A stretch of DNA of 37,276 nt, from the NCBI GenBank assembly GCA_023247475.1, contig JAHFGK010000001.1:13230-50505 (forward strand), given 5' to 3'. Below the pieces are notes generated by a model that was given only the letters and a program-made list of their open reading frames with translations, was not told the DNA's origin and did not search any database. The first letter of the stretch is position 1. Each line of letters opens with the position of its first letter. Source of the DNA: Candidatus Omnitrophota bacterium (GTDB taxonomy: Bacteria; Omnitrophota; Gorgyraeia; Zapsychrales; JAHFGK01). A program made the translations under genes and the position numbers. Below, piece by piece: positions 25,498 to 34,869 of the stretch.

Positions 25498-27354
25498 ATG
25501 ATGAGAACAATTATGATTAATTTTATAAGTGGAGTCCTGTTTATATTCTTCCTAGCGGTTTGCCAAGCACAGGCGGACGTTTTACCTATCCTGCGGGACG
25601 AAGGTCTTCCCCATGCTGAAGATGATCTTTTACTCTGGCCATTCTTCGGACAGGGAAACCCTGACAATGGTGTGGTTACGGAGATTCAAGAACAGACTTC
25701 GCCCGAAGGCGTTAAATTTTTACGTTTTTCCAAGGGAACAACTTATAAGGGCGGCGGTTTGTTTTTTTGCGGCGCAGCTGTTTGTGAAAAAGATTTAAGC
25801 CGGTTCCAAAATGGGAATCTTGAATTTTTGGTCCGGGTCAATGGTCAATTAAAAGTGGAAGTAGAAGCCCCTAAGGGCAATAAGAGTTCCGTTCTGATCA
25901 ATGGTAACGGCCCTTGGCAGAAGATATCGATTCCGTTAAGTAGCTTTGCCGTTGATTTTACCAGAGTCTACGGTCCTTTTCTCATCACGGCTGAGAATGT
26001 CGCATCTACCTTTTCCTTTGATGTGGATAATGTGCGGTGGACAGTTCCTTTACGTAATTATGAAAATCATACCGTCGTTTCGATTGATAATGGTCAACTC
26101 AAAGTTAACGGAGTGCCTTTTATCGCCAGAGGTGTGGCCAGTGATTTCACCCCGGTAGGAAAATATGGCCCAGCGTATCTGTGGTCAGAAGATCCGGTCA
26201 GCTATACAGCCGATATTACCTTGATGAAGGAATTGGGTGTGAACGTTGTGCGATTATATTCTCCACCCACCAATAGTGCTGCCTTAGATGCTTTTTATGA
26301 AGCGGGGATTTATGTTATTGTGGGTTTTCCTGTTTTTACAAAATGGAATGCCAATAATCGATTTGTAGATTTTAGCAACCCAACAGTCCAGCAAAATAAC
26401 AGGGATAGATTTAAAGAAATGGTTGAAGATTGGGGCAAGCATCCGGCGGTGTTAATGTGGGTGATGGGAAATGAAGTCAATATCAATACGGATAGAACGA
26501 AAATGTCCGATTGGTATACCCTTGTTGAGAATGCTGCCACCGATGTCAAACAATTAGAGCAAGGTATGGATAATAAACATTTGATTACTGTCGCCAATGC
26601 GGATGTATCAATTATACAAGATGTCACGACGTTTGACACTCTATTACAACATTTGGACTTATGGTCGGTTCATTTATACAGAGGAAAGTCATTTGGTCGG
26701 GTATTCGATGATTATAAGGCCTTGAATATCACAAAGCCGTTTATGGTGACCGAGTTTGGATGTGATGCGTACGATAAAAGAATCAATGATGAAAATCAGA
26801 CATTACAAGCGGATTATTTAGAGGCCCAATGGCAAGAGATTGAGCAACATTTAAAGAGGTCCGATAATACCGAACCACTCGTTGGGGCGTTTGTTTTTTC
26901 TTGGCGAGATGATTGGTGGAAAACTGGCAACGCCCATAATCAGCATGATACGGCTTGTGATTGGGATAATCCTGCTTATGCTGATCGCTGTATGAATGAA
27001 GAATGGTGGGGGATTTTAGGGATAACAACCAATCCCGATGAAAGAATTGAACGCGAGGCTTTTACCCGATTGAAAAATCTATGGAATCCACCGGTATTTA
27101 TTCGGGGAGATTCCAATGGAGATGGCTTAGTTAATATCTCTGACCCCATTATGACTTTAGAATATCTTTTTATTGGAGGCAAACCCCCAGCTTGTCTGGA
27201 TGCTGCGGATTCAAACGATACCGGAGACCTGGACATCTCTGATCCTATCCATACCTTATTCTATCTTTTTGTAGGTAACGTTGTTATACCGCCTCCATCT
27301 CCACCTCAACCAGGGCCGGATCCCACAGCGGATAATTTGGGATGTGGTAACTAG
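25498..27354 (+). CDS. Secreted clan GH-A glycoside hydrolase (GH2/GH5-like TIM barrel) with N-terminal CBM-like and C-terminal dockerin-like domains
   Basis: Signal AQA-D; LGVNVVRLY, HPAVLMWVMGNE (acid/base), KPFMVTEFG (nucleophile), FSWRDDWWK, NEEWWG; FIRGDSNGDGLVNISD..C.DAADSNDTGDLDISD. Confidence 0.85.
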   Translation: MMRTIMINFISGVLFIFFLAVCQAQADVLPILRDEGLPHAEDDLLLWPFFGQGNPDNGVVTEIQEQTSPEGVKFLRFSKGTTYKGGGLFFCGAAVCEKDLSRFQNGNLEFLVRVNGQLKVEVEAPKGNKSSVLINGNGPWQKISIPLSSFAVDFTRVYGPFLITAENVASTFSFDVDNVRWTVPLRNYENHTVVSIDNGQLKVNGVPFIARGVASDFTPVGKYGPAYLWSEDPVSYTADITLMKELGVNVVRLYSPPTNSAALDAFYEAGIYVIVGFPVFTKWNANNRFVDFSNPTVQQNNRDRFKEMVEDWGKHPAVLMWVMGNEVNINTDRTKMSDWYTLVENAATDVKQLEQGMDNKHLITVANADVSIIQDVTTFDTLLQHLDLWSVHLYRGKSFGRVFDDYKALNITKPFMVTEFGCDAYDKRINDENQTLQADYLEAQWQEIEQHLKRSDNTEPLVGAFVFSWRDDWWKTGNAHNQHDTACDWDNPAYADRCMNEEWWGILGITTNPDERIEREAFTRLKNLWNPPVFIRGDSNGDGLVNISDPIMTLEYLFIGGKPPACLDAADSNDTGDLDISDPIHTLFYLFVGNVVIPPPSPPQPGPDPTADNLGCGN

Positions 27355-27392
27355 TGATGTGAATAGTTATATAATTAATAGAAATAACATTA

Positions 27393-27432
27393 AAGGGCGA
27401 CTCGAAAATTCGAGTCGCCCCTTCGTTTTTTT
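27393..27432 (+). terminator. Rho-independent terminator
   Basis: gggcgactcgaa / ttcgagtcgccc stem followed by a T7 tract. Confidence 0.85.
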
Positions 27433-27560
27433 ACAAAATAAAAGGGTTTCATTGCTGTGATTCTAAAATTTATGTTATATTAATCCCAATGAAAAAATAT
27501 ACTTCCCCTATCTCCCGCAGACACTAGGTGTCGGTGGGGATTTGTACAAAGGAATAGGTT

Positions 27561-28550
27561 ATGAAGAAGATCCTTTGGCTAATTTTTTTTAGTTTAATGA
27601 TTTTCGATATATCCGGCTGTAAAAAATTCCCAGATGGGTATCAAAGAGAATACTATGAAAATGGGACTTTAAAAAGTGAGGGATATTATAAGCACTGGGA
27701 AAAAGATGGACTTTTTAAAGCTTACGATGAACAAGGACAACTTGTGGGAGAGGCATCTTATAAGAACGATAAGGCAGAAGGAATTTGTAAAACCTATTAT
27801 GATCAGGGACAACTGAAAAGTATAGAAAATTATAAGGATGGAAAACGAGATGGAGAGGTTAAAACTTATTATAAAAACGGTCAATTGATGTCGGAAGCGC
27901 AGTACAGGGATGACCAACCGCAATGGGCCAAAGAATATTACACAAATGGGAAACTAAAGGCAGAATTGTTTTATAGAAATGGGAGACGGGGTGGAGTTTG
28001 CAAAATTTACAATGAAAAAGGGGCATTACATTTTGAGTGGAGTTATAAAGATGGTCAGCGACATGGATTGAGTCGGGGGTTTTATGAAAATGGTGTGATA
28101 AAAACAGAGTTGAATTATAAAGATGGCCTTAGAGATGGAGTTAGTAAAAAATTTTATAGGAACGGTAAGCTTCAAGGCGAGTGGAACTACAAATTAGGTC
28201 AACTCGATGGTCCAGCGACTGGTTACTATGAAAACGAAAAAGTGGAAGTCATTAATAATTATAAAGACGGTCAGGTAGAGGGAGTAAGTAAGCGTTTTTC
28301 GATGGGCGGTGTGTTAAAAATGGAATGGGATTATAAGAATGGCCAGTTAGATGGCATTATGAAAAAATATTTTCCCGATGGTAAATTGGAAAGTGAAAAA
28401 ACATACAAGAGAGGGAAATTAGATGGCATTACTCGAGAATATTACAAAGATGGTCAAGTGAAAGAGGAGATATTATACAAGGATAACAAACTGGTTAAGG
28501 TCAAAACATATGATAGAAGCGGAAAGCTTGTTTCGGAAAAGAACTCTTAA
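27561..28550 (+). CDS. MORN-variant repeat (YwqK-like) lipoprotein
   Basis: Lipobox ISG-C; about 12 repeats of YYxNGxLxxExxYKxGxxxG. Confidence 0.88.
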   Translation: MKKILWLIFFSLMIFDISGCKKFPDGYQREYYENGTLKSEGYYKHWEKDGLFKAYDEQGQLVGEASYKNDKAEGICKTYYDQGQLKSIENYKDGKRDGEVKTYYKNGQLMSEAQYRDDQPQWAKEYYTNGKLKAELFYRNGRRGGVCKIYNEKGALHFEWSYKDGQRHGLSRGFYENGVIKTELNYKDGLRDGVSKKFYRNGKLQGEWNYKLGQLDGPATGYYENEKVEVINNYKDGQVEGVSKRFSMGGVLKMEWDYKNGQLDGIMKKYFPDGKLESEKTYKRGKLDGITREYYKDGQVKEEILYKDNKLVKVKTYDRSGKLVSEKNS

Positions 28551-28582
28551 CATCTACCTGTATTGTTATAATATTTAAAACA

Positions 28583-30757
28583 ATGAGCAAGATATGGTTC
28601 CCCCGCAGCATCACCTTTTTATCGGCATTTTTATTATTCCAAATTGAACTTATCATCGCTAAGGTCTTGTTACCTCTGTATGGTGGAAGTTATGCGGTTT
28701 GGGGGGCGTGTGTTGTTTTCTTTCAAGCTGTTCTCTTATTGGGTTATTTTTATGCCCATGTTGTTATTCAAAAGATAGGGATTGATCGGTATCGGTTCCC
28801 TCATACAATAATTTCGTTCGTACCACTCCTTACTTTTCCTGGTCGATCGTTGAAGATTGATCCTGCGTATTATCCAATCCCTTTGGTTATTAAAATTTTC
28901 TGGCAGTTACTTTTAAGTATAGGCCTCGTTTTTTTTATCTTATCCACGATGAGCATTATCTGGCAAAGTTGGTTGGAAAATTCTAATCTCCCCGAGCGAA
29001 GTAACCCTTATGCCTTATATGCGGTATCTAATTTTGGGTCGTTAACCGCTCTTTTAACATATCCTTTTCTTTTTGAATTATTCTTCGAGTTGAATACACA
29101 GTTAATGATTTGGAGACTCGGTTATTTGTGTTTGTTGGTCTTACAAATTATTGCTTTCTTTATCGTAAGAGTGTCCAGAGATGAACAGGAAAAATTGAAG
29201 GGGATGTTACATCTACCCCGGGGACAGATAGGACGTTGGTTCTTATTAGGAGCCGTTAGCGTTATCCTATTTTTAGCAGTCACAAATATTATTACGATGG
29301 AAATTTCCCCCATGCCTCTTTTATGGGTTATGCCACTAAGTATTTATCTCATTTCTTTCACTTTAAATTTTAAACATATGCCGTGGTGTCCTCGGTGGAT
29401 TTTGGAAAACATCCATTGGCCCTTGGGGTTGAGTGTTCTTTTCTATTTTTTTATTCAACAAGGTACTTTTCCTCTCATTTTAGAATTGATTTTCTGTTAT
29501 GGAATTTTGTTTATCTTATGTATGTATTGTCAAAATGAGTTGATAAGAACAAAACCATCACAGCAAGGAGGGTTAACCCTTTTTTATTTGACGATTTCTT
29601 TGGGAAGTTTTGCGGGAGGCATTTTTGTCAGTTGGATCATCCCTTTGATTACGACCTCCTATAGTGAATTTTTGGTCGGATTGATCCTGCTATGTTGGAC
29701 GATGGTTATGGGGGAAAGAAAACAAAAACTGGGACCTTATGAAATACGACTGATGATTTACCCTATCCTCTTTCTTGTGTTCTGGCCAATAGCCTTCTCA
29801 AACACTAATATATTTGGTTTGCTGTTGATTGTCGTTGTTTTTAAATTTATTTATTCTGAATTAAAAAAGAATCGACTGGCATTGCTGTTCGCCCATATTC
29901 TTATCTTGATTTATGCCCCTTTGTTAGTCTCTTTTTGGTCGAATAAATTTGAAATTTATAGCCATCGCGATTATTATGGTATGTTTCGTGTATTCGATTA
30001 CCACGGAACAAGATTACTTCAACACGGAATTACCGTGCACGGCGCTCAATATCTCGCTAAAGATGAACAAAATGAGCCTTTGGCCTATTATCATCGCCGT
30101 AGTCCCGTTGGGAAAGTTATGACCTCACCATTATTTCACTTTCATCGGATGGCGATGGTGGGCTTGGGGGCGGGGGCCTTGGCTGCGTATGCTCAGGAGG
30201 ATCAAGGAATTGATTTCCTTGAGTTGAATCAAGATATTGTCGATACTGCTCAACGGTATTTTTTTTATTTGAAGAAGTCTAAAGGAAAAATTAATTATAT
30301 CATTGGAGATGCGCGGGTATCCTTAACCCAAATCCCAGATCGAAAGTATGATTTTCTTGTGATGGATGCCTTCAATGGAGATGCTATTCCCACCCACTTA
30401 TTAACGGAAGAAGCCTTTGACCAATATCATAGAGTGTTGAATGTAAAAGGTATTATTCTTTTCCATCTCAGCAACAGATACTTAGATCTTGGGCCGGTTG
30501 TGTCCAAGACGGCTTACAATAGGCATGCCTTTGTAGCATACCAAATAAATCCCCAGTTTTCAGCGTATGAATATTCCTCAAAGTGGTTGGCAGTAACTTG
30601 GGATAAAGATAATTTTCAGAAGCTGATCTCACAGCTTCATTGGCAAGAAGTTGGTCAGGATAAAATAGGAATCCTAAGATCTTGGACTGACCAGTATACG
30701 AATATCTTGTCGGCAGTTAATGTGAATAGGATTGTGAGTGAATTGAAAAATTTTTAG
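28583..30757 (+). CDS. Multi-TM protein fused to spermidine-synthase-like SAM-dependent domain
   Basis: SAFLLFQIE..AK.LLP.YGGS..VW, PYALYAVSNFGS, HGITVHGAQ, VGLGAGAL, GDAR, DAFNGDAIPTHLLTEEAF, HLSNRYLDL. Confidence 0.88.
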   Translation: MSKIWFPRSITFLSAFLLFQIELIIAKVLLPLYGGSYAVWGACVVFFQAVLLLGYFYAHVVIQKIGIDRYRFPHTIISFVPLLTFPGRSLKIDPAYYPIPLVIKIFWQLLLSIGLVFFILSTMSIIWQSWLENSNLPERSNPYALYAVSNFGSLTALLTYPFLFELFFELNTQLMIWRLGYLCLLVLQIIAFFIVRVSRDEQEKLKGMLHLPRGQIGRWFLLGAVSVILFLAVTNIITMEISPMPLLWVMPLSIYLISFTLNFKHMPWCPRWILENIHWPLGLSVLFYFFIQQGTFPLILELIFCYGILFILCMYCQNELIRTKPSQQGGLTLFYLTISLGSFAGGIFVSWIIPLITTSYSEFLVGLILLCWTMVMGERKQKLGPYEIRLMIYPILFLVFWPIAFSNTNIFGLLLIVVVFKFIYSELKKNRLALLFAHILILIYAPLLVSFWSNKFEIYSHRDYYGMFRVFDYHGTRLLQHGITVHGAQYLAKDEQNEPLAYYHRRSPVGKVMTSPLFHFHRMAMVGLGAGALAAYAQEDQGIDFLELNQDIVDTAQRYFFYLKKSKGKINYIIGDARVSLTQIPDRKYDFLVMDAFNGDAIPTHLLTEEAFDQYHRVLNVKGIILFHLSNRYLDLGPVVSKTAYNRHAFVAYQINPQFSAYEYSSKWLAVTWDKDNFQKLISQLHWQEVGQDKIGILRSWTDQYTNILSAVNVNRIVSELKNF

Positions 30758-30812
30758 ATGTTCGAGTCTCGGAATTCCTAAGATACTGGCAAGAGTGAGG
30801 TGGCAAAGAATT

Positions 30813-32342
30813 ATGAACTATTTAAATAGTAACTCTTTAAAGAAGTTAATTGTTAATTGGCAAATTAAATTTCAAAGATTAGGTTATCAGAGATGGTTGC
30901 TCATTTTTATCATCTTGGGGGTAGTTTTTCGCTTAATTGAATATCTGTCGATTCGATCGGTAGATCTCGATGAGGCAAATATTGCATATGGAATTAGTAA
31001 TTTTTCCTTCGAAGATTTAATGAAAAAGAAGCACGTATTACCCTATCCTTTTTTATTTCTTGTGTTTGAAAAATTAGCTATTTCTATCTCTAGAGACAAT
31101 GAATTATGCATAAGATTTTTTCCCTTTATATTTAGTCTTATTTCATTGTTGCTTTTTATAAAAATTGCCAAAAAAATTGTTAGCCAGAGAAGCTTTTTAA
31201 TTGCCGCTTATCTTTTTGCTGTCTGTCCGCACCTTATTTATTATTCTGCCGTGCTTAAGCAATATTCTTCCGATGTGGCTATGACGTTGTTATTTTATTG
31301 GGGTTATCTCAAATTTTGTTCAACAAAATTTGAGAATTTTCATGTTTTCTTATTTGCATTGATTGGGTGCTTCATTATGTGGATTTCATATCCTTTGGTA
31401 TTCATTATAGTAGGAGCCGGACTAAGTTTAATGATCTTTTTGTGGAAGGAAAGGGCTTGGGAGAAAATATGGCAACTTTTTATTATACATATTTTATGGG
31501 GCATTAATTTCATTTTCTATTATTTTCTATCTATTCGTTATGTCATTAATTATGGTACCAGCTCGCAAGGTGTGATCGATTATTGGAAAAATACTTTTTT
31601 ATCATTACCGGATTCCTTTTTAGGTGTTATACGACATATTTTTCACTTTCTGGGGTTATCCAGTCGTTTAGTGGGGATACCAGTGGAACCTCTAGGCGGA
31701 TTATTTTTGATCTTGGGTTTTTCATCGATGTGGCTTCAAAAGAGAAATTATTTTTTTCTTTTTTTCTCGCCCATCATCGTTACATTCATTGTTTCAGCCA
31801 TGCATAAATATCCATTAGAAAAAAGATTCTTGCTTTTTTGGATTCCAGCATTAATTATTTTTATGGCTGAAGGGATAAATGTTATTTGGAAAAAGGCAAA
31901 GGAAACTTCTCCGTTTCTTGGGATTATGCTTATGGGATTAGTTCTTATTCAACCTATTTCATTAGCTTATACCTTAAATTCATTTTTTGATGAAGAAATT
32001 AAACCAGTCATGGAATATATTAAAAAACATAAACAGGAGGGTGATATTGTATATGTCTATTATGGGGCAGCTCCTGCCTTCAAATATTATGCCAAACGTT
32101 ATGATTTTAAAGAAGGTGATTATTTGATAGGGATAAGTGCAAGAGGGGAAAATCCTAAAAGATATCTTCAGAATTTGTATCAATTAACAGGAAATAAAAG
32201 AGTATGGATTCTTTGGTCACATATTTACGGGCATGAGGACAAGATCTTAATCTTTTATTTGAATAATATTGGCCAAAGAAAAGATGCCGTTATAGGGGAA
32301 GGGGCTGCCGCATTCCTTTATGATTTAAGCGAGACCCGGTAA
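30813..32342 (+). CDS. GT-C fold membrane glycosyltransferase (PMT/GT39-like)
   Basis: First TM followed by RSVDLDEA, IRFFPF, HLIYYS..LKQYS.D, about 11 TM and a C-terminal soluble domain. Start uncertain (GTG 30795 or ATG 30813). Confidence 0.72.
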   Translation: MNYLNSNSLKKLIVNWQIKFQRLGYQRWLLIFIILGVVFRLIEYLSIRSVDLDEANIAYGISNFSFEDLMKKKHVLPYPFLFLVFEKLAISISRDNELCIRFFPFIFSLISLLLFIKIAKKIVSQRSFLIAAYLFAVCPHLIYYSAVLKQYSSDVAMTLLFYWGYLKFCSTKFENFHVFLFALIGCFIMWISYPLVFIIVGAGLSLMIFLWKERAWEKIWQLFIIHILWGINFIFYYFLSIRYVINYGTSSQGVIDYWKNTFLSLPDSFLGVIRHIFHFLGLSSRLVGIPVEPLGGLFLILGFSSMWLQKRNYFFLFFSPIIVTFIVSAMHKYPLEKRFLLFWIPALIIFMAEGINVIWKKAKETSPFLGIMLMGLVLIQPISLAYTLNSFFDEEIKPVMEYIKKHKQEGDIVYVYYGAAPAFKYYAKRYDFKEGDYLIGISARGENPKRYLQNLYQLTGNKRVWILWSHIYGHEDKILIFYLNNIGQRKDAVIGEGAAAFLYDLSETR

Positions 32343-32536
32343 GAAAATCTTGGCCAATTTGGTCTAACTATCTGACATTAAAAAAGTTATAAAATAAGGA
32401 AAGTCACATACAAAACTCTATGCCATTATAAAGTATTTTCTCGCGATAAGAAGCTTCCTACCCCCCCCACATAACTTAAATTGTCTTATTACCTCCTTTT
32501 ATGGCATACTTATAATAGAAGAGGTCTTTGGGAAAA

Positions 32537-32546
32537 AAGGAGGTGA
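32537..32546 (+). promoter_or_regulatory. Strong Shine-Dalgarno site
   Basis: AAGGAGGTGA, 6 nt before ATG 32553; TATAAT at 32511. Confidence 0.8.
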
Positions 32547-32552
32547 TCTAAG

Positions 32553-32837
32553 ATGAAAAAAGCCATTGCAATCGTTGTTGCTGTGGTATTCATCTTAAGT
32601 TATGCAGTACCTCTCTTTGCGTTACCGGCGTCAATCGAGAAGCTCTATGGGGGAACCAAAGAAGTTGTAACCTCTCCTATTGAGCTAGGGAAGGCTGCGG
32701 TAGATGGGGTAAAGGGTGTAGATACTTTACATCTTAAACCTTTCGGGTTGATTGGCGGTGTATTAAAGGGATCGATTTCCATGATCCATCATATTGTCTC
32801 CGGGACCAGGGATATTGTGACCTTCCCAATCAAATGA
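32553..32837 (+). CDS. Small secreted glycine-rich helical protein (resembles TIGR04073 exosortase-associated family)
   Basis: Signal peptide; KL.GG..EVVTSPIE...GLIGGVLKG...SGTRDIVTFP pattern; strong SD. The family call is from recall only. Confidence 0.6.
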   Translation: MKKAIAIVVAVVFILSYAVPLFALPASIEKLYGGTKEVVTSPIELGKAAVDGVKGVDTLHLKPFGLIGGVLKGSISMIHHIVSGTRDIVTFPIK

Positions 32838-32914
32838 TAGGGAGTTCCATAATCCGCTGCATAACGAAAAAAGTTTCGTCTTAAGTCGCACCTCACCAAA
32901 GTATCGAAGCTTTT

Positions 32915-32958
32915 TTAAGGGGGGCAATTCTCATACGAGAATTGCCCCCCTTAATTTT
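32915..32958. terminator. Strong hairpin, probable terminator between convergent genes
   Basis: Perfect 18-bp inverted repeat ttaaggggggcaattctc / gagaattgccccccttaa with a 4-nt loop and T-rich flanks. Confidence 0.8.
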
Positions 32959-33002
32959 AATCTTTGTACGACCTCCCAAAGAGCGCCGCAACTTCGAAAA
33001 GA

Positions 33003-33034
33003 GGGAAGCCACGGCTGAACAGCCGTGGCTTCCC
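33003..33034. repeat. Second perfect hairpin (REP / IS200-IS605-end-like or terminator)
   Basis: gggaagccacggctg-aa-cagccgtggcttccc, 15-bp arms. Confidence 0.7.
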
Positions 33035-33087
33035 ATTGTTTCCTGGCGCAGATACTCTAGCTTTTCAAGAGGTATTAAAAAAAATTC

Positions 33088-34692
33088 CTATAAGTCATCC
33101 TTTGTACCGAGAAAAAGTAGGTACTTGGGATGAAGTTGATTATAATACTGTGGATAAAGTAGCTCGAATAGATTATACATTTTCTCTGGGGGGTCGGTAG
33201 TTTTTCTTAACCATTTAACGTAAAATATTTTCACCACGGTTGGGTCTAAACCAAAGGAAAAATCAGCTTCTTGATTGTGTTGTTGCTTTAAATTTTGGAT
33301 ATTATTCCATACTAACAGAAGTATTTTAAGCCCATAGGTATTTCTAATAAACAGATTTGAAGTCAGATATGCATTAATAAGAATTAATACAACTAGAAGA
33401 ATACTGGTTAACCGTTTTAAAGCGATAGGTAAGCTTCCTTTTTTAAGATAGTTAAATGGGATAGAGATATAGATGAAGATGGTAAAAAAGACCCAGAAGA
33501 AATAATTATAATAAGAATTATCGCGTAAAATTCTTTCTATCCCACGTATGCTGATTCGTCCAAAACAAATCGAAAGGGCGAAAAAAAATAACATGACCAA
33601 TAAAAGGGTTAATATTTTCCATTTGTCTTTAAAGTAGTTTAAATACATCCCTTTATAGAGGATAAAAAAGTATATAAAGATCACCATAACTCCTGGAAAT
33701 ATCGGTATTAAATTCAGACCATGTATTGGAAAAATTCCTGTAGTTGGTATTAATATAAATGGTGGAAAAATAGCTGTGCGTTGCGCAAGATTAGTTACGC
33801 ATTGTGATGGGAAAATACCGACATATACCCACCAGAGTAAAGTCGGGAAAAATTTGAGAACAGCCAGCATAATATTTTTATTTTGAACAATAGACTGACC
33901 TTCTAAGGATAATTTAAATCCTCTGAAATAAAAATCCGATAAGTTGATCACTATATATAAAATACTTGGGATACACAGAAGGAATGCCATGGCCGCTTGA
34001 TGATGCTTGAATTGAAATGAACTTTTTTTTCCCGGGTTAGTTTTCGAATAGTCCAGTCTTTTAGCCTTTAAAGAAAAATAAAAATATATCGTAAACAAAA
34101 TACAGTAAATAACCCCCAGTTCATGAGTGAAGGTCGCTATTGTCAAAGGAATGAGGATTTTTAGGATATCCTTGAGCCGGATATTGGTTAGGGTAAGCAG
34201 TCTTTGAATTTGGTACAAGGATATTAGTATGCAGATAATGAAGATCAAGTATCCGTGGACATTAGTCCATATGACCATTTCAACACCGGCATGTAAGACT
34301 GAAAAAAATGTAGTAAGAAGGATAGCAAAAACGTTGTGATAGGTTTGCAGTAATAATTTCAAAAGCCACCAGAGAACGGTTAAATGAAGGAAAAATCCTG
34401 TTATTTGCCAATATATGAAGTGATATTCAAACAACCATTTTTCTGTGCCGAGGAAAATGTAAATAATAGGGCGAAATAACAAATCATCGCGCATGTCATA
34501 GGGCAAATCTAATCTATTCATGGCATAATTTTTAAGAGCCAGAGAGACCCAATCGTGCTGATTGGCAACGTTGGCAAGATAGGCTAATTGATCTGACCTT
34601 GGTAATTGAAAAAAGGATAGGTAATAGACGATAAGATTAAAGAAGGCTAAGGGGATAAAATAAAAGAGTAGTCTATTTTTATCGGTACGCAT
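33088..34692 (-). CDS. Polytopic membrane protein, probable GT-C-type glycosyltransferase
   Basis: TM1 then PRSDQ, LFRPI, VEMVIW, FTHELG, FGR, about 11-12 TM; very AT-rich. Confidence 0.65.
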   Translation of the reverse strand: MRTDKNRLLFYFIPLAFFNLIVYYLSFFQLPRSDQLAYLANVANQHDWVSLALKNYAMNRLDLPYDMRDDLLFRPIIYIFLGTEKWLFEYHFIYWQITGFFLHLTVLWWLLKLLLQTYHNVFAILLTTFFSVLHAGVEMVIWTNVHGYLIFIICILISLYQIQRLLTLTNIRLKDILKILIPLTIATFTHELGVIYCILFTIYFYFSLKAKRLDYSKTNPGKKSSFQFKHHQAAMAFLLCIPSILYIVINLSDFYFRGFKLSLEGQSIVQNKNIMLAVLKFFPTLLWWVYVGIFPSQCVTNLAQRTAIFPPFILIPTTGIFPIHGLNLIPIFPGVMVIFIYFFILYKGMYLNYFKDKWKILTLLLVMLFFFALSICFGRISIRGIERILRDNSYYNYFFWVFFTIFIYISIPFNYLKKGSLPIALKRLTSILLVVLILINAYLTSNLFIRNTYGLKILLLVWNNIQNLKQQHNQEADFSFGLDPTVVKIFYVKWLRKTTDPPEKMYNLFELLYPQYYNQLHPKYLLFLGTKDDL

Positions 34693-34781
34693 TATTTCTA
34701 TTTATATAATGGAGAGAATACAAATATATAAAATCATAGCAATGCTGCCCTCAAAATACAATAAGATCTCACATTAATTGG

Positions 34782-34810
34782 TTGCAAAGATTTTGGTCTT
34801 TCCTTATAAT
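34782..34810 (+). promoter_or_regulatory. Sigma70 promoter
   Basis: TTGCAA (34782-87)-N17-TATAAT (34805-10), 59 nt before ATG 34870. Confidence 0.7.
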
Positions 34811-34869
34811 CTTTTTCTGGGTCTTGAGATTTATCAATGCTTCCGACAAAACCAATCTAAGTCAGCTTC

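Noticed and set aside
27561-28550. Toxin-antitoxin system (YwqK antitoxin label)
   Set aside because: Generic MORN-variant repeat lipoprotein with no adjacent toxin gene.
32942-33200. 63-aa and 78-aa ORFs in the convergent spacer
   Set aside because: Non-ATG starts, they run through hairpins, and they overlap the end of the 534-aa gene.
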